From an uncultured Gammaproteobacteria bacterium (GTDB lineage: Bacteria; Patescibacteriota; Microgenomatia; UBA8517), in contig CAYMZX010000003.1 in the NCBI GenBank assembly GCA_964395115.1, forward strand, positions 14,111 to 78,110: 64,000 nt of DNA, written 5' to 3'. The notes under the pieces are model-generated. The model was not told where the DNA came from. It searched no databases and saw only the letters and a list, made by a program, of their open reading frames with translations. This document shows, piece by piece, positions 55,992-64,000 of the stretch (within the stretch, counting starts at the first letter, position 1; each line of letters opens with the position of its first letter). The translations under genes and the position numbers were made by a program.

Positions 55992-57719
55992 ATGGTCAAA
56001 AAAATCATTGACAGGGGGCGGAAACTCCTTTTTTACCCCCAATCATCAGTTCTTTCAGCCGCCACCATTATTATGTTAATGGTAATAGCTTCAAGAGTTT
56101 TGGGCCTCGTTCGTCAAAGAACCCTCGCCCATTTTTTTACCCCCGATGAACTCTCACTTTTTTTTGCCGCCTTCAGACTTCCGGATTTGGTATTTGAAGT
56201 TCTGGTTTTCGGAACATTTTCTTCCGCATTTATCCCTGTTTTTACTAAAGCCCTGAAAAGAGGAAGGCGCGAAGCCTGGCAAATAGCCGGGACAGTGACA
56301 AATCTGGGAATAATTCTCTTCGCTGCCTTGGCCGCGATTGTTATAATCTTTTCCCATCAGCTTTATGGAATTTTGGCACCGGGCTTTAGTTTAGAAAACC
56401 GATTGTCGATAGTTACAATTACCAGAATCCTTTTTTTGGCTCAAGGATTTTTCGTAGTCAGTTACGTTTTGACCGCTGTCTTGGAATCTTCGAGAAGGTT
56501 TTTGGTTCCAGCCATTGCCCCTCTTTTTTATAATCTTGGAATTATCTTGGGCACTATCTTTTTGGCACCCAAACTAGATCTTTTGGGGCCTGCCCTAGGA
56601 GTAGTAATGGGAGCAGGACTGCACTTTTTGATACAGCTTCCTCTGGCGATAAAATTAGGCTATCGATTCAGGCCGGAGATCTTGATAACCAGCAATGTTA
56701 AAAGAATCGGCAGATTAGCCCTACCCCGAATTGTCGAGATTTCCTTTTTGCAAATTTCCAAATCAATAGAACTTATGCTGGCCTCCATGATTTCAACCGC
56801 CGCTTATACCTACTATACTTTTGGTAATACTCTTCAATTATTGCCCGTTGGTCTTTTTGGAACGTCGATAGCTAAGGCTGCATTGCCAACCCTGGCTAGA
56901 CAATCGGATGATCCAATTAAATTTAAAAAGACTCTTTTTGGGGCTATATATCAGATAGTTTTCTTCGTTATGCCAGTAGCAACAATTTTAGTGGTGTTAA
57001 GAATTCCTTTGGTAAGACTGATCTTTGGAACGGATATTTTTAGCTGGGAGGCAACGGTGCAGACAGGATTGGTGGTTTCCGCTTTTGCCGTTGGGGTGGT
57101 TTTTCAATCGACCGCCGCCCTAATGTCTAGAGGCTTTTACGCTCTGCACGATACCAAAACTCCGGTTATCATTTCCCTCTCGGGAATTATTCTAATAATA
57201 ATTACTGATTTTATTCTTGTCAGAGGGGTTGGACTTCCAGCTTGGGGGTTGGCCGCTTCCTTCTCCATTGGATACTTTTTCCAAGCTCTTGCCCTTTTTG
57301 TGTTTTTGACTAGAAAGCTTGGAGACGGCCTTTCACTTAAGGCGGTTCTGCCGATAGTAAAATCAACCCTGGCCGCCTTATCTTCGGGAATCGTGATGTA
57401 TTTTTTGCTTAAGTTTTTTGACCGCTCGGTATGGATAAAAAGACTTTCCTTTTTGGGTAAATTAGAAATAGCCAGAGAGATCCAGTTCGAGAGATTTGTT
57501 TTAGATACTCGCTACACCGTTAATCTTATTATCCTTACTATTTTTGTCACCACAATAGGAACGATCGTCTATTTGTTAACTTCCATATTATTCAAGTCCA
57601 AGGAAGTTTGGTATTTCTTCAATTTAGCCTCCAAAATAACGAGAAGGAAAGTTGAACCAATTCCGGCCAAGGAAACTGAACCGTTGGCCCCGCCTCCCGG
57701 CGAAACAAGCCCATCCTAA
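55992..57719 (+). CDS. murJ: Lipid II flippase MurJ/MviN
   Basis: SRVLGLVR, AAFRLPD, SSAFIPVF, LPVGLFG, RGFYALHDTKTP. Confidence 0.93.
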   Translation: MVKKIIDRGRKLLFYPQSSVLSAATIIMLMVIASRVLGLVRQRTLAHFFTPDELSLFFAAFRLPDLVFEVLVFGTFSSAFIPVFTKALKRGRREAWQIAGTVTNLGIILFAALAAIVIIFSHQLYGILAPGFSLENRLSIVTITRILFLAQGFFVVSYVLTAVLESSRRFLVPAIAPLFYNLGIILGTIFLAPKLDLLGPALGVVMGAGLHFLIQLPLAIKLGYRFRPEILITSNVKRIGRLALPRIVEISFLQISKSIELMLASMISTAAYTYYTFGNTLQLLPVGLFGTSIAKAALPTLARQSDDPIKFKKTLFGAIYQIVFFVMPVATILVVLRIPLVRLIFGTDIFSWEATVQTGLVVSAFAVGVVFQSTAALMSRGFYALHDTKTPVIISLSGIILIIITDFILVRGVGLPAWGLAASFSIGYFFQALALFVFLTRKLGDGLSLKAVLPIVKSTLAALSSGIVMYFLLKFFDRSVWIKRLSFLGKLEIAREIQFERFVLDTRYTVNLIILTIFVTTIGTIVYLLTSILFKSKEVWYFFNLASKITRRKVEPIPAKETEPLAPPPGETSPS

Positions 57720-57724
57720 AAGAC

Positions 57725-57761
57725 TTGACAATATTTAGCACTCGTGTTAGATTACTGCTAA
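57725..57761 (+). promoter_or_regulatory. sigma70 promoter overlapped by CIRCE, hrcA-grpE-dnaK
   Basis: TTGACA 57725-57730, 17 nt, TAGATT 57748-57753; TTAGCACTC-N9-TACTGCTAA at 57735-57761. Confidence 0.9.
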
Positions 57762-57765
57762 ACAT

Positions 57766-58497
57766 ATGACCGAAGGATTGACTGCGCGCCAGACCCAACT
57801 TCTAAAAGCCTTGATTGATGAGTATATCCAAACCGCCGAGCCGGTCGGAAGTGAATCATTGGATAAGAAATACAATCTTGGCGTTTCGCCGGCGACCATC
57901 AGAAATGAGATGGCGGCACTTACTAAAAGTGGATATCTCCGCCAGCCTCATACTTCGGCTGGGCGCATTCCTACCCCTCTGGCCCTGAAATTTTATATTG
58001 ACCAGTTAATGGAAGAAAGACAAATGAGCTTGGCAGATGAGGTTAAGGCTAAGGAAGAAGTTTGGGATGCAAGGAAGGACTTAGACACTCTTTTAGATGA
58101 GACGACCCACGCCCTAGCTGAAAGAACCAAAAATTTAGCAGTAGCCGCTACCGACGATGGTAAAATCTGGCATGCGGGTTATGCCAACCTTTTTATTAAC
58201 CCAGAATTTTCCGACATTAATATCTGCGCCAATTTATTCTCTTTCATAGAGCATACCGAAAGAATGCGAGAACTTTTTTTTGAGAAAGCAGTTTCCGGGA
58301 GTCCAATCGACATCCTATTTGGGGAGGAGTTAGAGTGGCCCGAGCTTTCCCCTATTGGAGTTGTGGCAACACACTTTAATATCAAAGGCAGAAATGGCGC
58401 GTTGGGCATAATCGGGCCGGTTCGGCTTTCCTACTCAACGATTATTCCGGTTGTTAGATATTTCAAAAATCTATTAGAGGAGGTTGCCAACGCATGA
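57766..58497 (+). CDS. hrcA: Heat-inducible transcription repressor HrcA (short form)
   Basis: EPVGS, VSPATIRNEM, QPHTSAGRIPT, GIIGPVRLSY. Confidence 0.95.
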   Translation: MTEGLTARQTQLLKALIDEYIQTAEPVGSESLDKKYNLGVSPATIRNEMAALTKSGYLRQPHTSAGRIPTPLALKFYIDQLMEERQMSLADEVKAKEEVWDARKDLDTLLDETTHALAERTKNLAVAATDDGKIWHAGYANLFINPEFSDINICANLFSFIEHTERMRELFFEKAVSGSPIDILFGEELEWPELSPIGVVATHFNIKGRNGALGIIGPVRLSYSTIIPVVRYFKNLLEEVANA

Positions 58498-58991
58498 AAA
58501 AGATAGTTACAAACAAAGATAGAAAAACCGAAAACGAGGAGTTAAAAATTCAATTGGCCCGAGCCTTAGCAGATTACGATAACTTGAGAAAAAGAACAGA
58601 AAGAGAGAAAAAAGAGTTCGAAAAGTTGGCAAATTTAAGATTGCTGGTAAAACTTTTGCCGGTTTTGGATATTCTTAGAAAAGCGCAGTGTCATTTAAAA
58701 GATCCGGGTGTTGAAATGACCATCAAACAATTTGAGGAAACGTTGGCGACTGAGGGATTGGAAGAGATGAAAGTCAAGCCGGGAGACACGTTTGATCCCG
58801 AGATTCACGAAGCGGTTGAAAAAGTTGTCAATAACAAAGATAGGGGTAAAATTATAGAAGTTGTCTCTCCCGGATGGCGATTCAAGGAAGGACCAGTGAT
58901 TAGACACACAAAAGTTAGAGTCTATGGTCCGTCGGCGAACGGCAAGGAAAAAAAATTAGAAAGGGAAATGCAAAGAGGAGACTATGTCTAA
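58494..58991 (+). CDS. grpE: Nucleotide exchange factor GrpE
   Basis: [27 protein letters not shown]. Confidence 0.95.
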   Translation: MKKIVTNKDRKTENEELKIQLARALADYDNLRKRTEREKKEFEKLANLRLLVKLLPVLDILRKAQCHLKDPGVEMTIKQFEETLATEGLEEMKVKPGDTFDPEIHEAVEKVVNNKDRGKIIEVVSPGWRFKEGPVIRHTKVRVYGPSANGKEKKLEREMQRGDYV

Positions 58992-60888
58992 AATTGTTGG
59001 TATAGATTTAGGAACAACTAATTCAGTAGTGGCCGTTATGGAAGGAGGAAGACCAAAAGTTATTCCCGCCTCCGACACTGGCCGAAATATTACGCCCTCG
59101 GTGGTTGAACCTACTAAAAACTTGGTAGGAGATGTAGCCAAACGTCAAATGATTCTCAATCCCAAAAACACAATTTATTCGATTAAGCGGTTGATGGGAA
59201 GAAGATATGCCGATAAAGAAGTCAAAAGAACAATGGAAATGGTTCCATACAATATCAAACCAGGAAAGGACGGTATGGCCTGCGTTGAAGTTGAAGGTAA
59301 AGAATACACTCCCCAAGAGATATCGGCGAGAATACTGATGAAGCTTAAAAAAGATGCCGAAACTTATCTGGGAGAAAAAGTAGAGAGTGCGGTTATAACC
59401 GTTCCTGCTTACTTTGATGACGCCCAAAGGCAAGCCACTAAACAAGCAGGAGAAATTGCTGGATTTAAAGTAGAAAGGATCATCAATGAGCCAACCGCCG
59501 CATCATTGGCTTACGGATTAGAAAAGAAAAACGCTCAAAAAATAGCAGTTTATGACTTGGGCGGCGGAACTTTCGACATCTCAATTCTTGAATTGGGAGA
59601 CGGAGTATTTGAAGTCAAGGCTACAAATGGAGACACCCATCTTGGCGGGGACGATTTTGATGAAAGGATAGTCGACTATATAGTTTCCGAATTTAAAAAA
59701 GAGTTTGCAGTAGATCTAAAAGCTGACACTCAAGCTTTACAAAGAGTAAGAGATGCTGCCGAAAAAGCCAAAATTGAACTTTCGGCGGCCGAAGAAGTGG
59801 AGATAAATCAACCGTATATTACACAGAAAGATGGGCAGCCGCTTCATTTGACAATGAAATTAACGAGGGCAAAACTTGAAAGTTTAGTTTCCGATTTGAT
59901 TGAAAAAACAATGGTTCCGGTTGAATCTTGTCTTAAAGATGCTAAGTTAGACTCCCACGATGTTGATGAAGTAATTCTGGTTGGCGGAATGACAAGGATG
60001 CCAAAAGTTATTGAAACAGTCAAGAACTATTTTGGCAAGGAACCAAATAAATCTGTAAACCCAGACGAAGTCGTAGCAGTGGGGGCTGCTATCCAAGCAG
60101 GCGTCTTGGGAGGAGAAGTTAAAGATATCCTTCTTTTGGACGTTACCCCTCTAACTTTAGCGATTGAAACATTGGGGAATGTAGCCACGCCGATGATCCC
60201 GAGAAATACTACCATCCCAACCTCAAAAACGGAAATTTTCTCAACTGCCGCTGACAATCAGACTCAAGTTGAGATCCATGTGACTCAAGGAGAGAGACCA
60301 TTAGCTGCGGATAATAAATCTTTGGGAAGGTTTATCCTGGACGGTATTCCTCCTGCTCCAAGAGGAATACCTCAGATAGAGGTTACTTTCGATATCGATG
60401 CTTCGGGGATACTAACAGTTACGGCTAAGGACAAAGCAACGGGCAAGACCCAAAACATAAAAATAACAGGCGCGGTTGGACTTTCCGATGAGGAAATTAA
60501 GAGGATGCAAGAAGAGGCGGAAAAGCACAAAGAAGAAGATGCCAGAAAAGCTGCTTTAGTCGAAGCCAGAAATAAAGCTGATGCCATGGTTGCTGCCGCC
60601 GAAAAAGCGTTGAAAGACGCTGGCGACAAAGTACCAAAAGATATAAAAGAAAAAGTGGAAGAAAGAACTAAAGCGGTAAAGGATATTCTTGCAAAAGAAA
60701 ATGCAAACAAGGAAGAGATAGAGGAAAAAACAAAGGAGCTTTCCGATACCCTTTCACAAATAGGACAGTCAATGTATGGGCAGCAGACTACGGTTGAATC
60801 CGAGGAGCCGAAAAAAAAGAAAAAAGAAGAAGAAAAGAAAAAAGAAAATGGTGAGGAAAAGGTAGAAGAAGGAGAGGTTGTTGAATAA
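58984..60888 (+). CDS. dnaK: Chaperone DnaK
   Basis: [40 protein letters not shown]. Confidence 0.99.
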   Translation: MSKIVGIDLGTTNSVVAVMEGGRPKVIPASDTGRNITPSVVEPTKNLVGDVAKRQMILNPKNTIYSIKRLMGRRYADKEVKRTMEMVPYNIKPGKDGMACVEVEGKEYTPQEISARILMKLKKDAETYLGEKVESAVITVPAYFDDAQRQATKQAGEIAGFKVERIINEPTAASLAYGLEKKNAQKIAVYDLGGGTFDISILELGDGVFEVKATNGDTHLGGDDFDERIVDYIVSEFKKEFAVDLKADTQALQRVRDAAEKAKIELSAAEEVEINQPYITQKDGQPLHLTMKLTRAKLESLVSDLIEKTMVPVESCLKDAKLDSHDVDEVILVGGMTRMPKVIETVKNYFGKEPNKSVNPDEVVAVGAAIQAGVLGGEVKDILLLDVTPLTLAIETLGNVATPMIPRNTTIPTSKTEIFSTAADNQTQVEIHVTQGERPLAADNKSLGRFILDGIPPAPRGIPQIEVTFDIDASGILTVTAKDKATGKTQNIKITGAVGLSDEEIKRMQEEAEKHKEEDARKAALVEARNKADAMVAAAEKALKDAGDKVPKDIKEKVEERTKAVKDILAKENANKEEIEEKTKELSDTLSQIGQSMYGQQTTVESEEPKKKKKEEEKKKENGEEKVEEGEVVE

Positions 60889-60889
60889 G

Positions 60890-61963
60890 TCAGCTTTTAT
60901 GACCGAAGGATGGGGTAAAAGCAAAAGGTATTTCCTCCCAGTCTCGGACCTTCCTTATTTTTAGATTTTTTTCCCAGACGGCATCAAGGATAGTTGTATC
61001 TACCTTGAGGCTTTTTGCCAAGGCCCTAAGGGCGAGAAGGTCTTTTGGAAAACATTTTCCACCAAAGCCGCGCAGGCTGGTTACATCTAGGTGCGACCCC
61101 CCTATCCTTTTATCAAAAGCAACCATTTTTTTGACTTCTTCGTAGTTTATATTTAACTTTTCACAGATATCGTAGATTTCATTGGCAAAGATTACCTTCG
61201 TCGCCAATAAACAATTGGCCATATATTTGACTATTTCAGCGGTTGTCGGATCTGTTTGAAAAATCGGGGTATTGGGCATTATTGACTGGTAGATTGCAGA
61301 AACTTTTCTAAAAATTAAGGAGTTATTTGCTCCAATTATAATCCTATCGGTATTGATAAAGTCTTGCAGAAATGCTCTTTCTGTTAAGAATTCGGGATTG
61401 AAGCAAAAAAGAGTTTTTGGGTACCTTTTGATATAATCCTCGGTTGTTCCCGGGATTACGGTTGATTTAATAATAACTATCTTATCCGTTCCATTTGTAA
61501 ACTTGCTAACTTCAGCGATATTTTTGTCGATTATCGAAAGGTCGATTCCCAATTTGTCTTTTTTGATCGGAGTTGGAAGGCAGATAAAAATATAATCTGA
61601 ATTTTTTATAACTTCCTTAAGGGGATTAAATTCCTTATATTTATCGTAGATGAGAATATTGTTGTTGGAGAAACCATACGCGACAGCTTGACCAACTATT
61701 CCGTAGCCGACTATTCCGATGTTTACTTTTCTTTGAACAACATTACTTGAACCGGGGGTTTTGGAAACAGGAATTATATTTCTGATTGTGCCTTGAGTTT
61801 TATGTAAGTATTCTTCCTTGATAAGACTTTCTATATATTGGTGGATTGTTGGTACCTTCTTTTTAAATTTTTCCGCAATTTCGGCTAAGGTTGGAGAAAA
61901 ACCATTTTTTTCGTAAAACTCTGTTATAAAGTCGAGAATCTGCCTTTGTTTAGGCGTAAGCAT
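60890..61963 (-). CDS. LexA-type winged-HTH fused to UDP-glucose/GDP-mannose dehydrogenase-like enzyme
   Basis: LTPKQRQILDFI...GFSPTLAEIA...TIHQYIESL; then GIVGYGIVG, KSTVIPGT, NPEFLTE, KYMAN, GFGGKCFPKD. Confidence 0.85.
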   Translation of the reverse strand: MLTPKQRQILDFITEFYEKNGFSPTLAEIAEKFKKKVPTIHQYIESLIKEEYLHKTQGTIRNIIPVSKTPGSSNVVQRKVNIGIVGYGIVGQAVAYGFSNNNILIYDKYKEFNPLKEVIKNSDYIFICLPTPIKKDKLGIDLSIIDKNIAEVSKFTNGTDKIVIIKSTVIPGTTEDYIKRYPKTLFCFNPEFLTERAFLQDFINTDRIIIGANNSLIFRKVSAIYQSIMPNTPIFQTDPTTAEIVKYMANCLLATKVIFANEIYDICEKLNINYEEVKKMVAFDKRIGGSHLDVTSLRGFGGKCFPKDLLALRALAKSLKVDTTILDAVWEKNLKIRKVRDWEEIPFAFTPSFGHKS

Positions 61964-61988
61964 ACCTTATAAGATACTAACTATTTAC

Positions 61989-62017
61989 ATAATATTTACT
62001 TAAGTGAAAAAGGTCAA
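61989..62017 (-). promoter_or_regulatory. sigma70 promoter of the LexA-dehydrogenase fusion gene
   Basis: Minus strand TTGACC (62017-62012), 17 nt, TATTAT (61994-61989). Confidence 0.65.
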
Positions 62018-62027
62018 GTTTTTGTAA

Positions 62028-62068
62028 CTAGCACTTTGTTTGACGGAGTGCTAAGATGGGTGTAATAT
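62028..62068 (+). promoter_or_regulatory. CIRCE overlapping the clpB promoter
   Basis: CTAGCACTT-N9-GAGTGCTAA at 62028-62054; TTGACG 62040-62045, 17 nt, TAATAT 62063-62068. Confidence 0.88.
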
Positions 62069-62103
62069 TTGTTTTTATAGCCAAGACATTTTAAAAAAAG
62101 CTT

Positions 62104-64000
62104 ATGAACGAAGATTTGCAAGCTTTATTTAGAGCGCCAGATCTCAAAGAGGCTCTAGAAAAATTTACCGTTAACCTTACTGATCAAGCAAAAGCTGGCA
62201 AAATAGATCCTGTTATCGGACGTGATTCCGAAATACGCCGCGTGATGCAAATTCTTTCGCGAAGAATCAAAAATAATCCCGTATTAATTGGTGATCCCGG
62301 CGTTGGGAAAACCGCAATCGTTGAAGGTTTGGCCCAGAGAATTGCCTCAAATGACGTGCCCACGACTCTCCAGGATCGTGAGCTTCTTGTCCTTGATTTT
62401 GCGCTTTTGGTTGCCGGAACAAAATTGAGAGGTGAATTTGAGGAAAGACTTAAATCAGTCATAAAAGGAGTTGAGGAGGCTGAAGGAAAATATATTGTCT
62501 TTATAGACGAGCTTCATACTCTTGTTGGCGGGGGATCTGCCGAAGGTTCCGTGGATGCGGCAAATATTCTTAAACCGTCTTTGGCGCGGGGAACGATCAG
62601 AATGATTGGAGCAACCACCATCGAAGAATACCGAAGGTATATAGAAAAAGACGCCGCGCTAGCCCGTCGATTTCAGACGGTTTTAGTCGAAGAACCTAGT
62701 CTTGAAGATACAATTGCAATTTTACGTGGGATAAAAGAGCGCTATGAACTTCATCACGGAATAAGAATTACCGATGACGCAATTGTTGCAGCAGCGAAAC
62801 TCTCAGATAGATACCTTACGGAAAGATTTCTCCCCGATAAGGCAATCGATCTGATAGACGAGGCGGCCGCAAGTATTAGGATTGAAACAGAGAGTATGCC
62901 GGCAGAGCTTGATCAGCTCAAAAGACGTTTGACCCAACTTGAGATCGAAGAGACTGCCCTTAAAAAAGAAAGGGGTAAACCGGCAGATGAAAAACTGGAT
63001 TCAATACGCAGAAGTATTAAAACTTTAAAAGAGCAGATTTCTGATTTTGAGAAAAAATGGGAAGAACAAAGGAAAATTATTAAAGAAATTCAAGAAAAAA
63101 GGTCAGACATAGACAAATTAAGAATTGATTTGGAGAAAGCCGAGCGAGAAGTTCAGCTTGACCGCGCTGCCGAAATAAAATATGGAAAACTTCCCGAGCT
63201 TGAGAAAAAGTTGGCAGAGGTCGAAAAAAAGTGGAGAGAAATTCCTGAGGAAGATAAGGTTTTACGCGAAGAAGTAAGCGATGAGGACATTGCAAAAATA
63301 GTTTCTCGCGCAACCGGAATTCCTTTGGGCAGACTTCTGGCAAACGAAGCAGAAAGACTTATAAAACTTGAGGATGAATTAAGAAAAAGAGTTATCGGAC
63401 AGGATGAGGCATTGAAAGTTATTGCCAACGCAATTCGACGTTCAAGGGCGGGGTTGAAAGAAGCGACGCGACCTATTGGTGCTTTTTTGTTTTTGGGACC
63501 AACCGGGGTTGGAAAGACCGAAACTGCTAGAGCTTTGGCTGAAGTTTTGTTTAATAATGAAGACGCGGTAATAAGGATCGATATGAGTGAGTACCAAGAG
63601 GCACATACTATCGCTCGTTTAATTGGAGCACCGCCTGGATATGTGGGCTTTGAAGAGGGAGGACAGTTGACAGAGGCGGTTCGCAGGCATCCTTATTCCG
63701 TGGTTTTATTTGACGAAGTGGAGAAAGCAAATCCGGCTATATTCAATCTTTTTTTACAGATTTTAGACGATGGTAGATTAACCGACGGAAAAGGTATTAT
63801 AGTGGACTTTAAAAATACAATAATTATTATGACGAGTAATCTGGGAAGCAACATTATTAAAGAGTATGCTGGAAAGGATAAAAACAAGCTAGAAAGCTTA
63901 ATGGGTAGCGTCTTGGAAAAGACTTTTAAACCTGAATTTATAAATAGACTCGACCATATTGTCTATTTTGACCCTTTGACTTCTCAAGTAATGAGAGATA
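62104..64000 (+). CDS. clpB: ClpB disaggregase lacking the N-terminal domain; runs off the right edge (missing from the ORF track)
   Basis: MNEDLQAF...[36 protein letters not shown], long M-domain coiled coil with [34 protein letters not shown]. Confidence 0.95.
   Translation, partial: MNEDLQALFRAPDLKEALEKFTVNLTDQAKAGKIDPVIGRDSEIRRVMQILSRRIKNNPVLIGDPGVGKTAIVEGLAQRIASNDVPTTLQDRELLVLDFALLVAGTKLRGEFEERLKSVIKGVEEAEGKYIVFIDELHTLVGGGSAEGSVDAANILKPSLARGTIRMIGATTIEEYRRYIEKDAALARRFQTVLVEEPSLEDTIAILRGIKERYELHHGIRITDDAIVAAAKLSDRYLTERFLPDKAIDLIDEAAASIRIETESMPAELDQLKRRLTQLEIEETALKKERGKPADEKLDSIRRSIKTLKEQISDFEKKWEEQRKIIKEIQEKRSDIDKLRIDLEKAEREVQLDRAAEIKYGKLPELEKKLAEVEKKWREIPEEDKVLREEVSDEDIAKIVSRATGIPLGRLLANEAERLIKLEDELRKRVIGQDEALKVIANAIRRSRAGLKEATRPIGAFLFLGPTGVGKTETARALAEVLFNNEDAVIRIDMSEYQEAHTIARLIGAPPGYVGFEEGGQLTEAVRRHPYSVVLFDEVEKANPAIFNLFLQILDDGRLTDGKGIIVDFKNTIIIMTSNLGSNIIKEYAGKDKNKLESLMGSVLEKTFKPEFINRLDHIVYFDPLTSQVMRD

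Noticed and set aside
60810-60850. Poly-A tract as a phase-variation or frameshift site in dnaK
   Set aside because: In-frame Lys/Glu low-complexity tail ending in a normal EEGEVVE stop
60890-61963. Canonical LexA SOS repressor
   Set aside because: No Ala-Gly cleavage site or Ser/Lys S24 peptidase domain; the C-terminus is a dehydrogenase

Overview
Chromosomal window from a small-genome bacterium. Compact genes, almost no Shine-Dalgarno leaders, truncated housekeeping proteins and Ser/Thr/Pro-rich surface proteins suggest Patescibacteria/CPR, Microgenomates-like; this is inference. It spans the replication origin (dnaN-oriC-dnaA-rpmH-rnpA-yidD-yidC-jag). It also carries groESL, hrcA-grpE-dnaK and clpB (each with a CIRCE element), valS, metG, tsaD, tRNA-Cys, two UvrD-family helicases, peptidoglycan genes (murJ, two femABX, vanW, LCP, M23) and many GT-C and lipid-linked glycosylation genes. 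The most notable features are: (1) a relaxase-free PrgI / split VirB4 / membrane zinc-protease / BLIP-like operon abutting dnaN; (2) a LexA DNA-binding domain fused to a UDP-glucose-dehydrogenase-like enzyme, lying between dnaK and clpB; (3) a pilN-pilO operon with Ser/Pro/Thr-rich surface proteins that share sorting-like motifs and a recurrent AT[P/E]S motif, next to a double GT-C/PMT enzyme; (4) a Bacillus-type basal unwinding element with DnaA-trios in oriC; (5) ultra-compact symmetric bidirectional promoters. No CRISPR array, rRNA, transposase or integrase was seen. All family assignments come from motif recognition by eye, not database searches.
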